Of a stretch of 64,000 bases of DNA, positions 10,960-21,318 are shown piece by piece. The position numbers and the translations under genes were made by a program. Position 1 is the first letter of the stretch. Each line of letters begins with the position of its first letter. The notes under the pieces were generated by a model that did no database searches, was not told the origin of the DNA, and saw nothing but the letters and a program-made list of their open reading frames with translations. Source of the DNA: Pseudomonadales bacterium (GTDB lineage: Bacteria > Pseudomonadota > Gammaproteobacteria > Pseudomonadales > Azotimanducaceae); contig JADHNJ010000008.1 in NCBI GenBank assembly GCA_016779565.1, positions 3,303 to 67,302 of the forward strand. The letters are read 5' to 3'.

Positions 10960-13900
10960 AGCGCCAGAGCGGATTTTTATGGATTCGAATCGGGCTTATC
11001 AGTCTCGTCATTGGGGCAGCAGTCATGATTACCATGCTTCGCGGGGTGGTCAGTCTGCTGGAGAGTTATCAAGTTGAAGTCGAGCAGTGGGTCAGTCAGC
11101 AGGTTGGGGTACCGATTGACTATGAGTCGCTCAGCGCCGATCTCATCTACCTAAATCCACGTTTGACTGTTCGAGGGCTTCGAGTGGGAGGGCCAGAGCA
11201 GATTGATCTTGAAAGCGCCCATATTGGCTTACAAATAAACCTAGCGCAGAGCATCCTGACAAGAAGCTTAGTTTTGGTTGAGCTAGAGCTTGAGGGACTG
11301 AGGGCGAGCTTAGTGCCAAAAGCGGATGGCGGCTGGGGTGTGCTCGGCCTGCCAGAATCCGGATCAGCACCAGCGTTTAATTTGAGACAATTTTTAGAAC
11401 GTGCTGAACAAATTAGTGTTCAATCCTCTAGCATTCTTGTCGAGGCCAAACGGCCAGTGTCCCTGATGTTTGAAGATGAAGGCCAGGGTTTACGGTTGAC
11501 CTCAACCGACACCCAACGTGTGTTATCCGGGGAGATGCAGGTTGTAGCGGATTTAGCCAACAAGCTGAGTCTTAGGGAAACTGTATCCATTGTTGCGACC
11601 GTTGAACGTGATGGCGCCGCTTTGGTCGATGGTCAAATTAGTGCTTATCTAACCCTTAAGCCAACGCCCCAGCGCACTCCGCCCATTGAGCAACACGCGC
11701 TGGAGGCAGAACTGTGGCTTTCGTCAGATCAAGGTAAGGGCTTAATACAAGGGCACGGCAAGTGGTCGCTGCTGTTGGGCAACAACACCGCAGGCATTGA
11801 ATTGGCATCTAAATTTGCGGGCGAGTTTTCCATTCATGAACGGTCTTATGCGCTCAACTTCAGCGATTCGTCTATGTACGTTGACGATCACAGGTTGGGA
11901 TTAGGACCTTTTGGTGTCACTGTTGGATCATCGACGTCAGAAGGGGAGATGATGGTCGGTGCCTATCTCGACGTCTTGGAATTCACTTCGGATTCAACTT
12001 TGCCTCTCTTGGAGGTGATGAAAGGCTTGGGGGTTTCCGAGGCGGATCGAGCGCTCTTCTCAAAGGTTGGACCAACCCTTCGGTTAGAGGCTGTTAAAGC
12101 TCTGGCGCGACTTGACCAAGTGGCTGAGAGCCTGGCCGTCATCGCAGATATCAAAGAACTTTCCCTTTCGGTTGCAGACGGGATACCGGGGGTTTCTGGG
12201 TTTCAAGGGTTTATGAACTATGGGCTAGGGGCGTTGGCACTCGACGTGGATGCTCAAGATTTGTCGTTACATTTTGGCAACCTTTACGATCAGGCTTGGG
12301 CGCTGGAAACCGTTAGGGGTAGGCTTGCACTGAGACAACTTGAAGACGGATACGCTTTATCTTCTGGCAAGTTATTGGCGAATTCCGAGCATATATCAGC
12401 CGTTGGTAAGCTAGAAATGAATCTGCCCAGGGATCGGCGAGATCGAACTTGGGGACTGATGATTGGCGCTCGCAACTTTGATTTGAGCGCTGCGCAACCT
12501 TTTATTCCAAGTACAGTTCCCCGCGATGCCGCAGCATGGCTGCAGGATAATTTATTGAGTGGGCGAGCAGATGTCACTGGGCTGATTGTCCATGGTTCTT
12601 TAGACCGAGTGAGTCCTAAAATTGAAAAGCGCTACATGCTGGAAGTAGCAGTTGCGAATGCTGAAGTGCAGTATGCGCCTGATTGGCCGAACGCAAGCGA
12701 GGTCTCCGGTGTGCTTCAAATCTCCAATGAGGGTGTGTATGGCGCGCCTTTATTGGCGAACGTGCTGGAAACCACGCTCGAGGACCTGAGCTTGGTTATC
12801 CCGTTTTCCGAATCCGGTGAGCTTAGTGAAGTCGCTGTTGCCGGTCGATTGGCGGGTGATCTCTCTGATGCCATTGAACTGTTTCAAGAAACTCCCCTTA
12901 AGTCGCTGACCAATGGCATTGCAGAATATTGGGTGGGCGAGGGCCCTATTTCTGGAGAAGTCTCGGTGACCGTTCCGATAGGTGCACCAGATCAGGTAGT
13001 TGGGGTCGATGTTGGGGTCGAGGTTACCAATGCTCAACTGAATATGAATGATCTTGGTCTTGAGTTGAATAACTTGTTAGGAATCTTTGAATTCACAAGT
13101 CAGCAGGGTTTATCAGCGCGAAATGTTTCGATAGAGATGCTAGGCGGCGAATCAATCGCAAATCTCAGCACCCGCTATTTGGATCGTGGTGGGATTACGA
13201 GCGTTGATCTCAAGGGTTCCGTCAATATTGCTGAAGTGCAATCTTGGCTAGATTTAGTGCTTTTGCGATTCGCGGAGGGAAAGACACAGTATCAAGGCAA
13301 TTTGTCCATTCCGTTTGGGAGTCGCTCCGACCTGCCTAGCGTTGATCTGGAAACGGATTTACAAGGCGTGACTGTCGATATGCCACCGCCTTTTGCAAAG
13401 GTTTCAGCGGATTCAAAACGCCGCCTTGCTTTGACTCAAACTTTTGACCCAATGGGGTCTGAGATCTCGTTTAATTGGGAGCGCAGCGCAGGTGGGCTTT
13501 TGAAACTAGAGGGCGATCGAGTAAAGGGCGGTTCGATCGAAATTGGCAATTATCAGCCCTCAGCCGCTGCATTTGATGCGCTGCGTGTGAGAGGAAGGCT
13601 GCCTTTTGCTTCGCTGGAAGAGTGGGATAGCTTTCTTTTACGACTAGACGAATTTTCGAGTCTTGGTGTTGCCGAAACCTTTAGGGAAAGGCTTGACTCG
13701 ATTCAAGTGCGTACGGATGAATTCGATTTGTTTGGTTACCCACTGAAAGACGTCGATTTAGGGTTATATCCGGCCCAAGATCGTTGGCATATGACGCTTG
13801 ATAATGAACAAGTTATCGGCTCGGTGCAGCTGAGTGACGATGAAGATGCACCTTTGGAGGTTTTGCTTAAGAAACTGAATTTGAACTCTGATGGGACACA

Positions 13901-14828
13901 AAGTGACCCATTATTAGGATTAACCAGCGCTGACTTAATGCCAGCCGATGTCACGATAGAGTCAATTGTCCTAGATGGTGATGATTATGGAAGTTGGGCA
14001 TTTGAGTTGCGACCAGCGCAAGACCTTGTCGCTCTGAATGCGCTAAAGGCAGAAGTCAAAGGCATGCAGATTAACGCTGCGGATGGTTTGAAATGGTATC
14101 CGGGTGCTGATCGACCTCGATCGGAATTTGAAGGGGAGGTAATCGTTCAGGATATGCAAGCCTGTCTGGCAGCTTGGGGCTTTGCATCAGGTCTTGAAGG
14201 TGAAAACTTTAAGTACCAATCAACGTTGACCTGGCCTGGATCGCCGCTAAATATCGACATTGCTCGGCTGCGGGGATCGATCGGAGTCGAGGGCGGGAAA
14301 GGCCGGATCGTGCAAGCAGAAACCAGCTCTGGGGCTTTGAAGTTGTTGGGTATCTTTGATTTCGCAGAAATCGCGAAGCGATTTAGTTTTGATCTCAATA
14401 GCTTATTAAGCGAGGGGCATGCGTTTAATCAGGTTACTGGTCGCCTAGATATTGGATCGGGCTCAGTATTGATTTCCGAACCGCTCAGAGTGCTTGGCGC
14501 AGGCAGTCAACTGACGGTCGCGGGGCAAGTCAATCTTCTAACAGAAGTGTTGGATAATGATCTGATATTGACGTTGCCTCTGAATAAGAATTTACCTTGG
14601 TACGCGGCTTATAGCGCGATCGCTACTGGCCCTTTGGCAGGTGCTGGGGTGATGCTGGCGCGGGAGGTATTCAAAGACCAAATCAATGAATTGACCAGTC
14701 TTAAATATGAAGTGACCGGTACTCTTTCAGAGCCGGAGGTCATGTTTGTGTCGATATTTGACGACTCCGTTAGGGACAATGCTGAGGTTACCGCAGAATC
14801 AGCACAAAGTGCTGAAACGAGTCTATGA
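10956..14828 (+). CDS. yhdP: YhdP / AsmA2-family large envelope (lipid-transport) protein
   Basis: About 1290 aa with an N-terminal TM helix (LWIRIGLISLVIGAAVMI). Conserved position after rng. ATG 10956 overlaps the rng stop (ATGA). Confidence 0.85.
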   Translation: MKRQSGFLWIRIGLISLVIGAAVMITMLRGVVSLLESYQVEVEQWVSQQVGVPIDYESLSADLIYLNPRLTVRGLRVGGPEQIDLESAHIGLQINLAQSILTRSLVLVELELEGLRASLVPKADGGWGVLGLPESGSAPAFNLRQFLERAEQISVQSSSILVEAKRPVSLMFEDEGQGLRLTSTDTQRVLSGEMQVVADLANKLSLRETVSIVATVERDGAALVDGQISAYLTLKPTPQRTPPIEQHALEAELWLSSDQGKGLIQGHGKWSLLLGNNTAGIELASKFAGEFSIHERSYALNFSDSSMYVDDHRLGLGPFGVTVGSSTSEGEMMVGAYLDVLEFTSDSTLPLLEVMKGLGVSEADRALFSKVGPTLRLEAVKALARLDQVAESLAVIADIKELSLSVADGIPGVSGFQGFMNYGLGALALDVDAQDLSLHFGNLYDQAWALETVRGRLALRQLEDGYALSSGKLLANSEHISAVGKLEMNLPRDRRDRTWGLMIGARNFDLSAAQPFIPSTVPRDAAAWLQDNLLSGRADVTGLIVHGSLDRVSPKIEKRYMLEVAVANAEVQYAPDWPNASEVSGVLQISNEGVYGAPLLANVLETTLEDLSLVIPFSESGELSEVAVAGRLAGDLSDAIELFQETPLKSLTNGIAEYWVGEGPISGEVSVTVPIGAPDQVVGVDVGVEVTNAQLNMNDLGLELNNLLGIFEFTSQQGLSARNVSIEMLGGESIANLSTRYLDRGGITSVDLKGSVNIAEVQSWLDLVLLRFAEGKTQYQGNLSIPFGSRSDLPSVDLETDLQGVTVDMPPPFAKVSADSKRRLALTQTFDPMGSEISFNWERSAGGLLKLEGDRVKGGSIEIGNYQPSAAAFDALRVRGRLPFASLEEWDSFLLRLDEFSSLGVAETFRERLDSIQVRTDEFDLFGYPLKDVDLGLYPAQDRWHMTLDNEQVIGSVQLSDDEDAPLEVLLKKLNLNSDGTQSDPLLGLTSADLMPADVTIESIVLDGDDYGSWAFELRPAQDLVALNALKAEVKGMQINAADGLKWYPGADRPRSEFEGEVIVQDMQACLAAWGFASGLEGENFKYQSTLTWPGSPLNIDIARLRGSIGVEGGKGRIVQAETSSGALKLLGIFDFAEIAKRFSFDLNSLLSEGHAFNQVTGRLDIGSGSVLISEPLRVLGAGSQLTVAGQVNLLTEVLDNDLILTLPLNKNLPWYAAYSAIATGPLAGAGVMLAREVFKDQINELTSLKYEVTGTLSEPEVMFVSIFDDSVRDNAEVTAESAQSAETSL

Positions 14829-14829
14829 C

Positions 14830-15684
14830 ATGAGGTCTACTGCGAATATTGCAGTGGTGCAACTCTGCAGCAGTGCCAAAGTTGATATTAGTCTGCGCCA
14901 ACTAGATGATTTGCTCGACACCATTCAATCAGGGTCTGTGTCAGCTATTTTTCTGCCCGAAAATTTCGCAGCATTAGCGGCAGAAGACCCGCGAGTGATC
15001 GGAGAATCAGAGGCAGCAGGTCGCCGTGAGATAAGCAATTACATAGCGGACCAAGCGCGTACTTTGAAGGCGTACATATTTGCGGGCACGCTCCCGATTG
15101 CATCCCGACCAGATAATTGGCCAGTTGCAAAGCCTAGGGTGAGAGCTGCCTCGCTGGTTTATGATCCAGGGGGGCAGCTGGTTGCGCGGTATGACAAAAA
15201 ACATCTGTTCGATGCTGATGTGCAAGATGGTCAAGGCCGTTACCGCGAATCCGATACCTTTGAGGCTGGCGATGACCTTGTGGTTGTTGATACAACTTTT
15301 GGCAAGGTCGGGTTGTCGGTTTGTTACGATGTCCGCTATCCAGAGATGTACACTGCTTTGACCACTTTAGGAGCTCAGATATTCGCGGTGCCTTCAGCGT
15401 TTACCCAGGTGACTGGCGCGGCCCATTTTGAGGTTTTGATTCGTGCTCGGGCCATTGAAAATGCTTGCTTTGTGGTTGCAGCCTGCCAGTCAGGTGGTCA
15501 CGATAGTGGCCGTCAAACGTTTGGGCATTCGCAGATTATCTCTCCATGGGGTGAGGTTCTGGTGTCGCTTCCCGATGGCCCCGGGGTGATTACCCAGCGA
15601 TTGGATTTTAGTTTGCTCGACCAAGCTCGAGCAGCTATTCCTGCTTGGCATCGTCCATCATTGAATGATCAGAAATTTGCTTGA
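14830..15684 (+). CDS. Carbon-nitrogen hydrolase (nitrilase/Nit superfamily)
   Basis: Putative E-K-C triad contexts LPENF, YDKKHLF and LSVCYDVRYPE. ATG 14830 lies 1 nt after the yhdP stop. Confidence 0.88.
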   Translation: MRSTANIAVVQLCSSAKVDISLRQLDDLLDTIQSGSVSAIFLPENFAALAAEDPRVIGESEAAGRREISNYIADQARTLKAYIFAGTLPIASRPDNWPVAKPRVRAASLVYDPGGQLVARYDKKHLFDADVQDGQGRYRESDTFEAGDDLVVVDTTFGKVGLSVCYDVRYPEMYTALTTLGAQIFAVPSAFTQVTGAAHFEVLIRARAIENACFVVAACQSGGHDSGRQTFGHSQIISPWGEVLVSLPDGPGVITQRLDFSLLDQARAAIPAWHRPSLNDQKFA

Positions 15685-16159
15685 GATACTGAAAGAGTTT
15701 CTTATAGGCGCGGGTGCCCTCGGGCGCATCATTGTTACCTTCTGCGGCAGACTTTGCTTCTCTGGTGAGCGTCCTGAGGTGTTGTCTGTCTAAGGTTGGG
15801 CAGACAAGACTGATATCCTTTATGACCTCCGGGTCTCCGACTATTAAACGTTGGCGCCAGTCTTCTAGTTGTTGCACTAATAGTTGATGGCTCTCACTGG
15901 CGCTGTCGAACCGATCTATCAGTCGTTCGATAACGTCAAGATCTACCTTTCTTAGGAGTTTGCCGATATAAAGCATCTGTCGTTTCTTGGCATTACCTTT
16001 GGTAATGCGCTGATAGGTTTCAACAGCAGTCACAATTTCAGGATAGGGTAATCTGCTCAGTTGCACGGAAGTCCGTTCGGCAAGCAATACGCCAAGTTCG
16101 GTCACATCTTTGGCTCGGCGTTTGAGAAGGGATTTACTTTCGGGTTCATCGCCAGACAC
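15635..16159 (-). CDS. yjgA: DUF615 ribosome-associated protein YjgA (DarP)
   Basis: 174 aa. KSLLKRRAKDVTELG.. and KRQMLYIGKLLR resemble YjgA. Its 3' end overlaps the convergent nitrilase gene by 50 nt. Confidence 0.8.
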   Translation of the reverse strand: MSGDEPESKSLLKRRAKDVTELGVLLAERTSVQLSRLPYPEIVTAVETYQRITKGNAKKRQMLYIGKLLRKVDLDVIERLIDRFDSASESHQLLVQQLEDWRQRLIVGDPEVIKDISLVCPTLDRQHLRTLTREAKSAAEGNNDAPEGTRAYKKLFQYLKQISDHSMMDDAKQE

Positions 16160-16169
16160 AACAGGTTCC

Positions 16170-17552
16170 TTAGCCGTAAAATATCGTAGCCGTACCCAAG
16201 AAGGTTACAAAGCCGACAACATCTGTAATTGTGGTGAGTATAACGGTGCCAGCAATCGCAGGGTCAATGTTAACTGATTTTAGGAAACGGGGAAGCATAG
16301 CGCCTGCGAGCGCTGCCGTTGCCATGTTGATGACCAGCGCAAAGGCGATAATGAAGCCTAAGGTCCAGTCCTGAAATACCATTGACGTGCCAACAGCAAT
16401 AAGGCTTGCCCAGAGTAAACCATTTAAAATCGATACGGCTAACTCTCGGCGAACTAACCATGGGAGGTTGCTGTCGATGAGGGTGCCTTGGGCCATGCTT
16501 CTAATGACAAGTGTCAGAGACTGGCTTCCTGCAACCCCGCCCATGCTGGCGACAATGGGCATTAAAATCGCAAGTGCCACGACCTTGGCGATGGTATCTT
16601 CGAAGACATTTATTACCGCTGAAGCAATGAGTGCGGTAAATAAATTGGCGCCCAGCCAGAGTGCTCTGCTTTGAGTCGTTTTTAAAATTGGCGCGAAGGT
16701 ATCATCCTCTTCATTAAGGCCTGCCATTCCTAAGATAGAATGGTCAGCTTCGTCAATGATGACATCGACAATATCGTCAATGGTGATTCTCCCGACAAGG
16801 AGTCCAGCGTCGCTAACGACGGCCATAGAAATCAGGTCATAGCGCTCAAACAGTTGTGCAACATCATGGGTTGAGAGCGTTGCCAGGGCGGGCTCTAATT
16901 TCGTTTCGATACAGTCAGATATTGGCGTGCTGGGGTCTGAGACTAAAATGGTGGATAGCGGTAATGTCCCTAAGTAAAAACCCATTTTATCAACGACAAA
17001 AATTTGATCGGTGCTATTGGGGAGGTTAGAGTGCCTGCGCAGATACCTGAGAACAACGTCGATGGTGATATCAGACCTCACAGAAATAATATCTGTATCC
17101 ATAAGACCACCTGCTGTATCAGCAGGATAGATCAGAAGGTTTTCGACCCGTTCTCTATTTTGGATATCGAGGGCTTCGAGAATTTCTTCCCCAAGTGCAT
17201 CAGGCAGCTGCTGAATAATATCCGTGACATCATCGTCGCCGCTGACTTTTTCAATGACTTGGGCGATTTCCTCAGCGGACCGACTGGCGAACAGATCAGG
17301 CACCAATTCTGGTTCAATGTGGCTGATGACCTCGGCTTGAAGATCATCGTCAAATAGATCCCACAATTGCTGCCTTTCGGCAGCTGGCGTGCTGCTGAGT
17401 AAATTACCAATATCAGCAGCTGCTAGCTCGGTCATCGCCATTCGAATCTCACCCATCGTGGATTCGGTCAACGGTTGATTAACTAGCCTTAGTAAATCAG
17501 ATTGATCAAGCATTTGGATTCGGGATGCCAGCTTCGCCAAAATCGTTCTCAA
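16170..17552 (-). CDS. mgtE: Magnesium transporter MgtE
   Basis: MgtE N-domain, CBS pair and a C-terminal 5-TM domain (GVAGSQSLTLVIR..). The start is ambiguous: ATG 17552, 17513 or 17456. The first two overlap the ptsO 3' end. Confidence 0.9.
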   Translation of the reverse strand: MRTILAKLASRIQMLDQSDLLRLVNQPLTESTMGEIRMAMTELAAADIGNLLSSTPAAERQQLWDLFDDDLQAEVISHIEPELVPDLFASRSAEEIAQVIEKVSGDDDVTDIIQQLPDALGEEILEALDIQNRERVENLLIYPADTAGGLMDTDIISVRSDITIDVVLRYLRRHSNLPNSTDQIFVVDKMGFYLGTLPLSTILVSDPSTPISDCIETKLEPALATLSTHDVAQLFERYDLISMAVVSDAGLLVGRITIDDIVDVIIDEADHSILGMAGLNEEDDTFAPILKTTQSRALWLGANLFTALIASAVINVFEDTIAKVVALAILMPIVASMGGVAGSQSLTLVIRSMAQGTLIDSNLPWLVRRELAVSILNGLLWASLIAVGTSMVFQDWTLGFIIAFALVINMATAALAGAMLPRFLKSVNIDPAIAGTVILTTITDVVGFVTFLGTATIFYG

Positions 17553-17793
17553 TGAAAGCGATGATCGCGCTCAGCGCTTCAGCTTCGTCGGTACCGGATG
17601 CCGTGACCTCCACCTTAGTTCCGCATATAGCCTCGAGCATGAGCAATGCCATGATGTTGCTGGCATCGGCTCGCTTGTCATCGACTGTAAGCTCAATGAT
17701 GCTGTGAAAGGTTTTTGCGAGTTTCACAATTCCAGCGGCGGAGCGGGCGTGGAGCCCGGGCGGGTTGGTTACCCTGGTACTGCCCAATTTCAT
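17506..17793 (-). CDS. ptsO: HPr-family phosphocarrier NPr
   Basis: 95 aa. Active-site His context NPPGLHARSAA. Lies downstream of rapZ with a 4-nt overlap. Confidence 0.9.
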   Translation of the reverse strand: MKLGSTRVTNPPGLHARSAAGIVKLAKTFHSIIELTVDDKRADASNIMALLMLEAICGTKVEVTASGTDEAEALSAIIAFIENDFGEAGIPNPNA

Positions 17794-18680
17794 GATTGTG
17801 GGACGATGCTAAGTTTCGAGGATTTGCCTAGGGCTTTGTGTCTTAAATGGATGTTGTCGTGCGATTGCTGGAAGTGCTCGGCAAGCGTCTCTGCGAGATA
17901 TACAGATCGATGCTGACCACCGGTACATCCGATACAAACTGTGATGTATGCGCGATTGCTTTCGATCATGGATGGCAACCATCGACCTAAGAAAGACACA
18001 ATGCTTTGCTTAAAATCTATCACTTCTTGCTCTGCAGATAAAAATTCGATGACCGGCTGATCAAGACCTGTCAAAGGGCGCAGACGGGTAACCCAATGGG
18101 GATTGGGTAAAAATCGAGCATCGAATACAAAGTCTGCATCAACGGGCACGCCGTGCTTGAAGGCAAAAGACTGAAACATTAACGTTGTGTCGCCCGATGA
18201 TTCGGCGATGCGATCTCTCACTTCATCTCTCAACTGATGGAGCGTCATGTCCGATGTGTCGATCTTAAGCGCCGCCATCATAGCAATGCCGTCAAGTAGC
18301 CGACTCTCAACCTCCAAGGCCTCTTTGAGACTGATGTTGGCGTTGCTGAGGGGATGTTTTCGCCGTGTCTCACTGAAACGTTTAATCAGTATCGGGCTAG
18401 CTGCATCCAAATAGACAACCTTGATATCGGTGTTTTCAATATTGGCGATCGCTTCGGGAAACCCTTCCAGGTCAATTGCAGAATTTCTAGCATCGATGCT
18501 GACAGCAATTTTGTGGGATAGACGATTTTCAGTGGTGCGTTCTACTAAGTTTGGAATCAGCGACGCCGGTAGATTATCGATACAATAAAACCCTAAATCC
18601 TCAAGAACATGGAGTGCAGTGCTCTTTCCGGATCCAGATCTGCCACTAATGACGAGGATTTGGGTTTTTGATTGGCTCAT
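17790..18680 (-). CDS. rapZ: RNase adapter protein RapZ
   Basis: Walker A GRSGSGKST and C-terminal CTGGQHRSV motif. Conserved rpoN-operon position. Confidence 0.95.
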   Translation of the reverse strand: MSQSKTQILVISGRSGSGKSTALHVLEDLGFYCIDNLPASLIPNLVERTTENRLSHKIAVSIDARNSAIDLEGFPEAIANIENTDIKVVYLDAASPILIKRFSETRRKHPLSNANISLKEALEVESRLLDGIAMMAALKIDTSDMTLHQLRDEVRDRIAESSGDTTLMFQSFAFKHGVPVDADFVFDARFLPNPHWVTRLRPLTGLDQPVIEFLSAEQEVIDFKQSIVSFLGRWLPSMIESNRAYITVCIGCTGGQHRSVYLAETLAEHFQQSHDNIHLRHKALGKSSKLSIVPQS

Positions 18681-18733
18681 GTAGCGTCTCTAAAAATTGC
18701 TTGGCTATCTGTAACGTTCAAGAAAGTCGCAGG

Positions 18734-19189
18734 TCAGGGTTTTTCGCTAATAGCGGCTAGATACAGATCGTCGGGATTGCTCGCGGCTTCTAACTTTTCT
18801 CTAAACCAGGAATGCTGAAAGCGCTCTACTAGCATGGATAGGACTTCGATATGAGCTTCCATTTCTTTTTCGGGGACAATTAAGATGAACAGCGTCGAAA
18901 CCGGTTCATCATCCATGGCTTCGAAATCAACAGCCTGTTCTAGGGTAACAAGTGTGCCCATGATGCCAGTACAGTTTGCCATCCGACAGTGAGGTATGGC
19001 GATTCCAGAGCCTAGACCCGTTGGCGAGACCTTCTCTCGAGCAATAAGCAGCCGGTAGAGTTCTTGTTCGTCGATGCGATCGTCGCGTTCTGCAATAAAT
19101 TCAGCGGCAAGCTCTATCGCCCGTTTTTTGCTATTTGCAGCCAGCCGACAAAGTGTTCGTTGTGGCGATAAAATTGAGGCAATTTTCAT
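18734..19189 (-). CDS. ptsN: Nitrogen-PTS EIIA-Ntr
   Basis: Phospho-His motif GSGIAIPHCR. I prefer the ATG at 19189 (MKIASILSPQRTL..) to the upstream ATG at 19231. Confidence 0.92.
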   Translation of the reverse strand: MKIASILSPQRTLCRLAANSKKRAIELAAEFIAERDDRIDEQELYRLLIAREKVSPTGLGSGIAIPHCRMANCTGIMGTLVTLEQAVDFEAMDDEPVSTLFILIVPEKEMEAHIEVLSMLVERFQHSWFREKLEAASNPDDLYLAAISEKP

Positions 19190-19262
19190 AACGGCAAGTG
19201 GCGACGAAGCTTGATCGCTGCAGTATAGCAATCAAGCTTAAGGCTTTCATAGATTTAAGCGA

Positions 19263-19580
19263 TCACTCGCTGTTATGTTGTCTTCCTTGATGTCGTTTTG
19301 ATACCCATTTACGCTTAAGTTCGATGATTTTTCGGTCGAGCTTCTTCGACATTTTGTCGATAGATGCATACAGGTTATCGGATTCTGCTTCGGCGAATAC
19401 CTCTACGCCTGAAATATGGATGGTGCTCTCAGCTTTCTGACGATTTCGATCGACGGTCAGCACAACTTGGCTGCTCAAAATAGGCTGAAAGTGCTTTTCC
19501 AGTCGACCGAGTTTCTTGTGAATGTATTGCTCGATTGCTTCAGTAACTTGTACATGGTGACCGCTCACACTAATTTGCAT
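19263..19580 (-). CDS. hpf: Ribosome hibernation promoting factor (short HPF/YhbH type)
   Basis: 105 aa starting MQISVSGHHVQVTEAIEQYI... Lies immediately downstream of rpoN. Confidence 0.93.
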   Translation of the reverse strand: MQISVSGHHVQVTEAIEQYIHKKLGRLEKHFQPILSSQVVLTVDRNRQKAESTIHISGVEVFAEAESDNLYASIDKMSKKLDRKIIELKRKWVSKRHQGRQHNSE

Positions 19581-19722
19581 AATGGTTACTCCGCTGGTGA
19601 CCGTAAGATAGGTTGTGTCCAGCCGGTGATGAACCTGGCGGTTTTACACCGGTATAGTTAAGACCCTATCAGAGCAAGAATGTTCCGTTAATCGGAAGTT
19701 TGATGAACAGAAAGTGGAGGGT

Positions 19723-21318
19723 TTAGTTGAGTTGCTTGCGTTCGTTTGAGGGTGGAATCATCAGCGCTTCTCGATACTTAGCGACCGTTCTTCGAGCTAC
19801 ATTGATGTTATCTTCTGCAAGCAGTTTTGCAATTTTGCTGTCCGATAGTGGCTTACGAGTATTTTCCTGGCTGATGAGATCCTTGATCTTGGCTCGGATT
19901 GCGGTAGAGGATACCTCTCCGCCAGAGTGAGTGCTGACATGTGAGGAGAAAAAATACTTAAGTTCGAAGATGCCCAATGGCGTGTCGATATATTTTTGGG
20001 TTGTCACTCGGGAAATTGTCGATTCGTGAAGCTCAACATGCTCGGCAATGTCATGCAAGACCAGCGGCTTCATCGCGCTGTCGCCGTGCTCTAGGAAACC
20101 CGCCTGAACCTCCATAATTCGGGTTGCGACTCGCAGTAAGGTGTCATTGCGCTGCTGCAGACTCTTAATAAACCAGCGGGCTTCCTGCATTTGATCTCTT
20201 AGGTAGCTTTGATCAGGACTGCTGTCATTACGTTTAACGATTGCCGAGTATTCTGGGTTGATGCGGATTTTGGGATTAATCGCAGGGTTGAGTTCGACCA
20301 CCCACCGGTTTTGTTTTTTTGTGACGACCACATCGGGTACGACGTATTGTGGGGCTACTTCAGAGAGTTTTGCGCCAGGCTTTGGGTCTAAGCTTTGAAT
20401 TAAGGCGATGGCAGCTTGTAGTTCAATTTCGGACACTCGCAGATGCTTAAGCAAAAACGCAAAATCTCGGTTGCCGAGGCTGCTGAGATGCGAGTCGATG
20501 ATTTCAAGCGCAAGGGCCGAAGCTGCAGTTTTCTCTGGTAGGGATTTAAGTTGAATGGTGAGGCATTCGCCGAGATTTCTAGCAGCAATGCCCAGCGGGT
20601 CAAGGTGCTGGATTAAATGCAGCACTGCTTCTATTTCATCGAGTTCGACATCAGCATCTAACGGCATCGCATCAAGGATCTCAACAAGATCTAACATTAG
20701 CGTGCCCTCGTGATCGAGTCCGTCTATGATATGGAGCGCAATGACTTCATCTGTCTCAGACAAGTTCAGCAGGTTGAGTTGCTCTAGCAGATGGCTTTGA
20801 ACGGTGCCCTGAGGGCTGTTGCGAGCATCGAAGGATTCGCCGTCCTCTTCGAAACCTGTGTTTCCGCTGGTACCTGTCGGTAGCGTGTCGTAGACGTCTT
20901 CCCAAACGCTATCGACCGGTAAATCCTCATCTATCTGGTCTTTGGCGATTAACTCAGAGGCATCGTCGACACGATCGCCATCGATAGCCGGGTCGAATAT
21001 TTCTTCTAAAGAATTGTCGACCTGATCCTCAGAAAAAAGATCTTCGCTTGCTTCTGCGAGTGCGTGACTCTGATCTTCATCAAAACCTTCGCCGTCTGAA
21101 TCACCAGCTTGTTCGCTGAGATCGTTGTCCGCTGCGGCCAAGTCAGGGTCTAAAGACTCGTCATATTCCTCTAGCATGACGTTTGAATCGAGTGCCGCTT
21201 GGATTTCTTGCTGGAGATCGAGTGTCGACAATTGCAATAGTTTGATAGCCTGCTGCAACTGGGGGGTCATCCTCAGTTGTTGGCCAATTTTCAGCGATAG
21301 AGATGGTCTCATGCTCAT
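19723..21318 (-). CDS. rpoN: RNA polymerase sigma-54 factor
   Basis: N-terminal LQQAIKLLQLSTLDLQQEI, a long acidic region II and the C-terminal RpoN box ARRTVAKYREAL. 531 aa. Confidence 0.97.
   Translation of the reverse strand: MSMRPSLSLKIGQQLRMTPQLQQAIKLLQLSTLDLQQEIQAALDSNVMLEEYDESLDPDLAAADNDLSEQAGDSDGEGFDEDQSHALAEASEDLFSEDQVDNSLEEIFDPAIDGDRVDDASELIAKDQIDEDLPVDSVWEDVYDTLPTGTSGNTGFEEDGESFDARNSPQGTVQSHLLEQLNLLNLSETDEVIALHIIDGLDHEGTLMLDLVEILDAMPLDADVELDEIEAVLHLIQHLDPLGIAARNLGECLTIQLKSLPEKTAASALALEIIDSHLSSLGNRDFAFLLKHLRVSEIELQAAIALIQSLDPKPGAKLSEVAPQYVVPDVVVTKKQNRWVVELNPAINPKIRINPEYSAIVKRNDSSPDQSYLRDQMQEARWFIKSLQQRNDTLLRVATRIMEVQAGFLEHGDSAMKPLVLHDIAEHVELHESTISRVTTQKYIDTPLGIFELKYFFSSHVSTHSGGEVSSTAIRAKIKDLISQENTRKPLSDSKIAKLLAEDNINVARRTVAKYREALMIPPSNERKQLN

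Noticed and set aside
20800-21130. Very long acidic low-complexity stretch in RpoN region II, making the protein 531 aa.
   Set aside because: Region II of sigma-54 is known to be acidic and variable in length. This is not evidence of an insertion element or a fusion.
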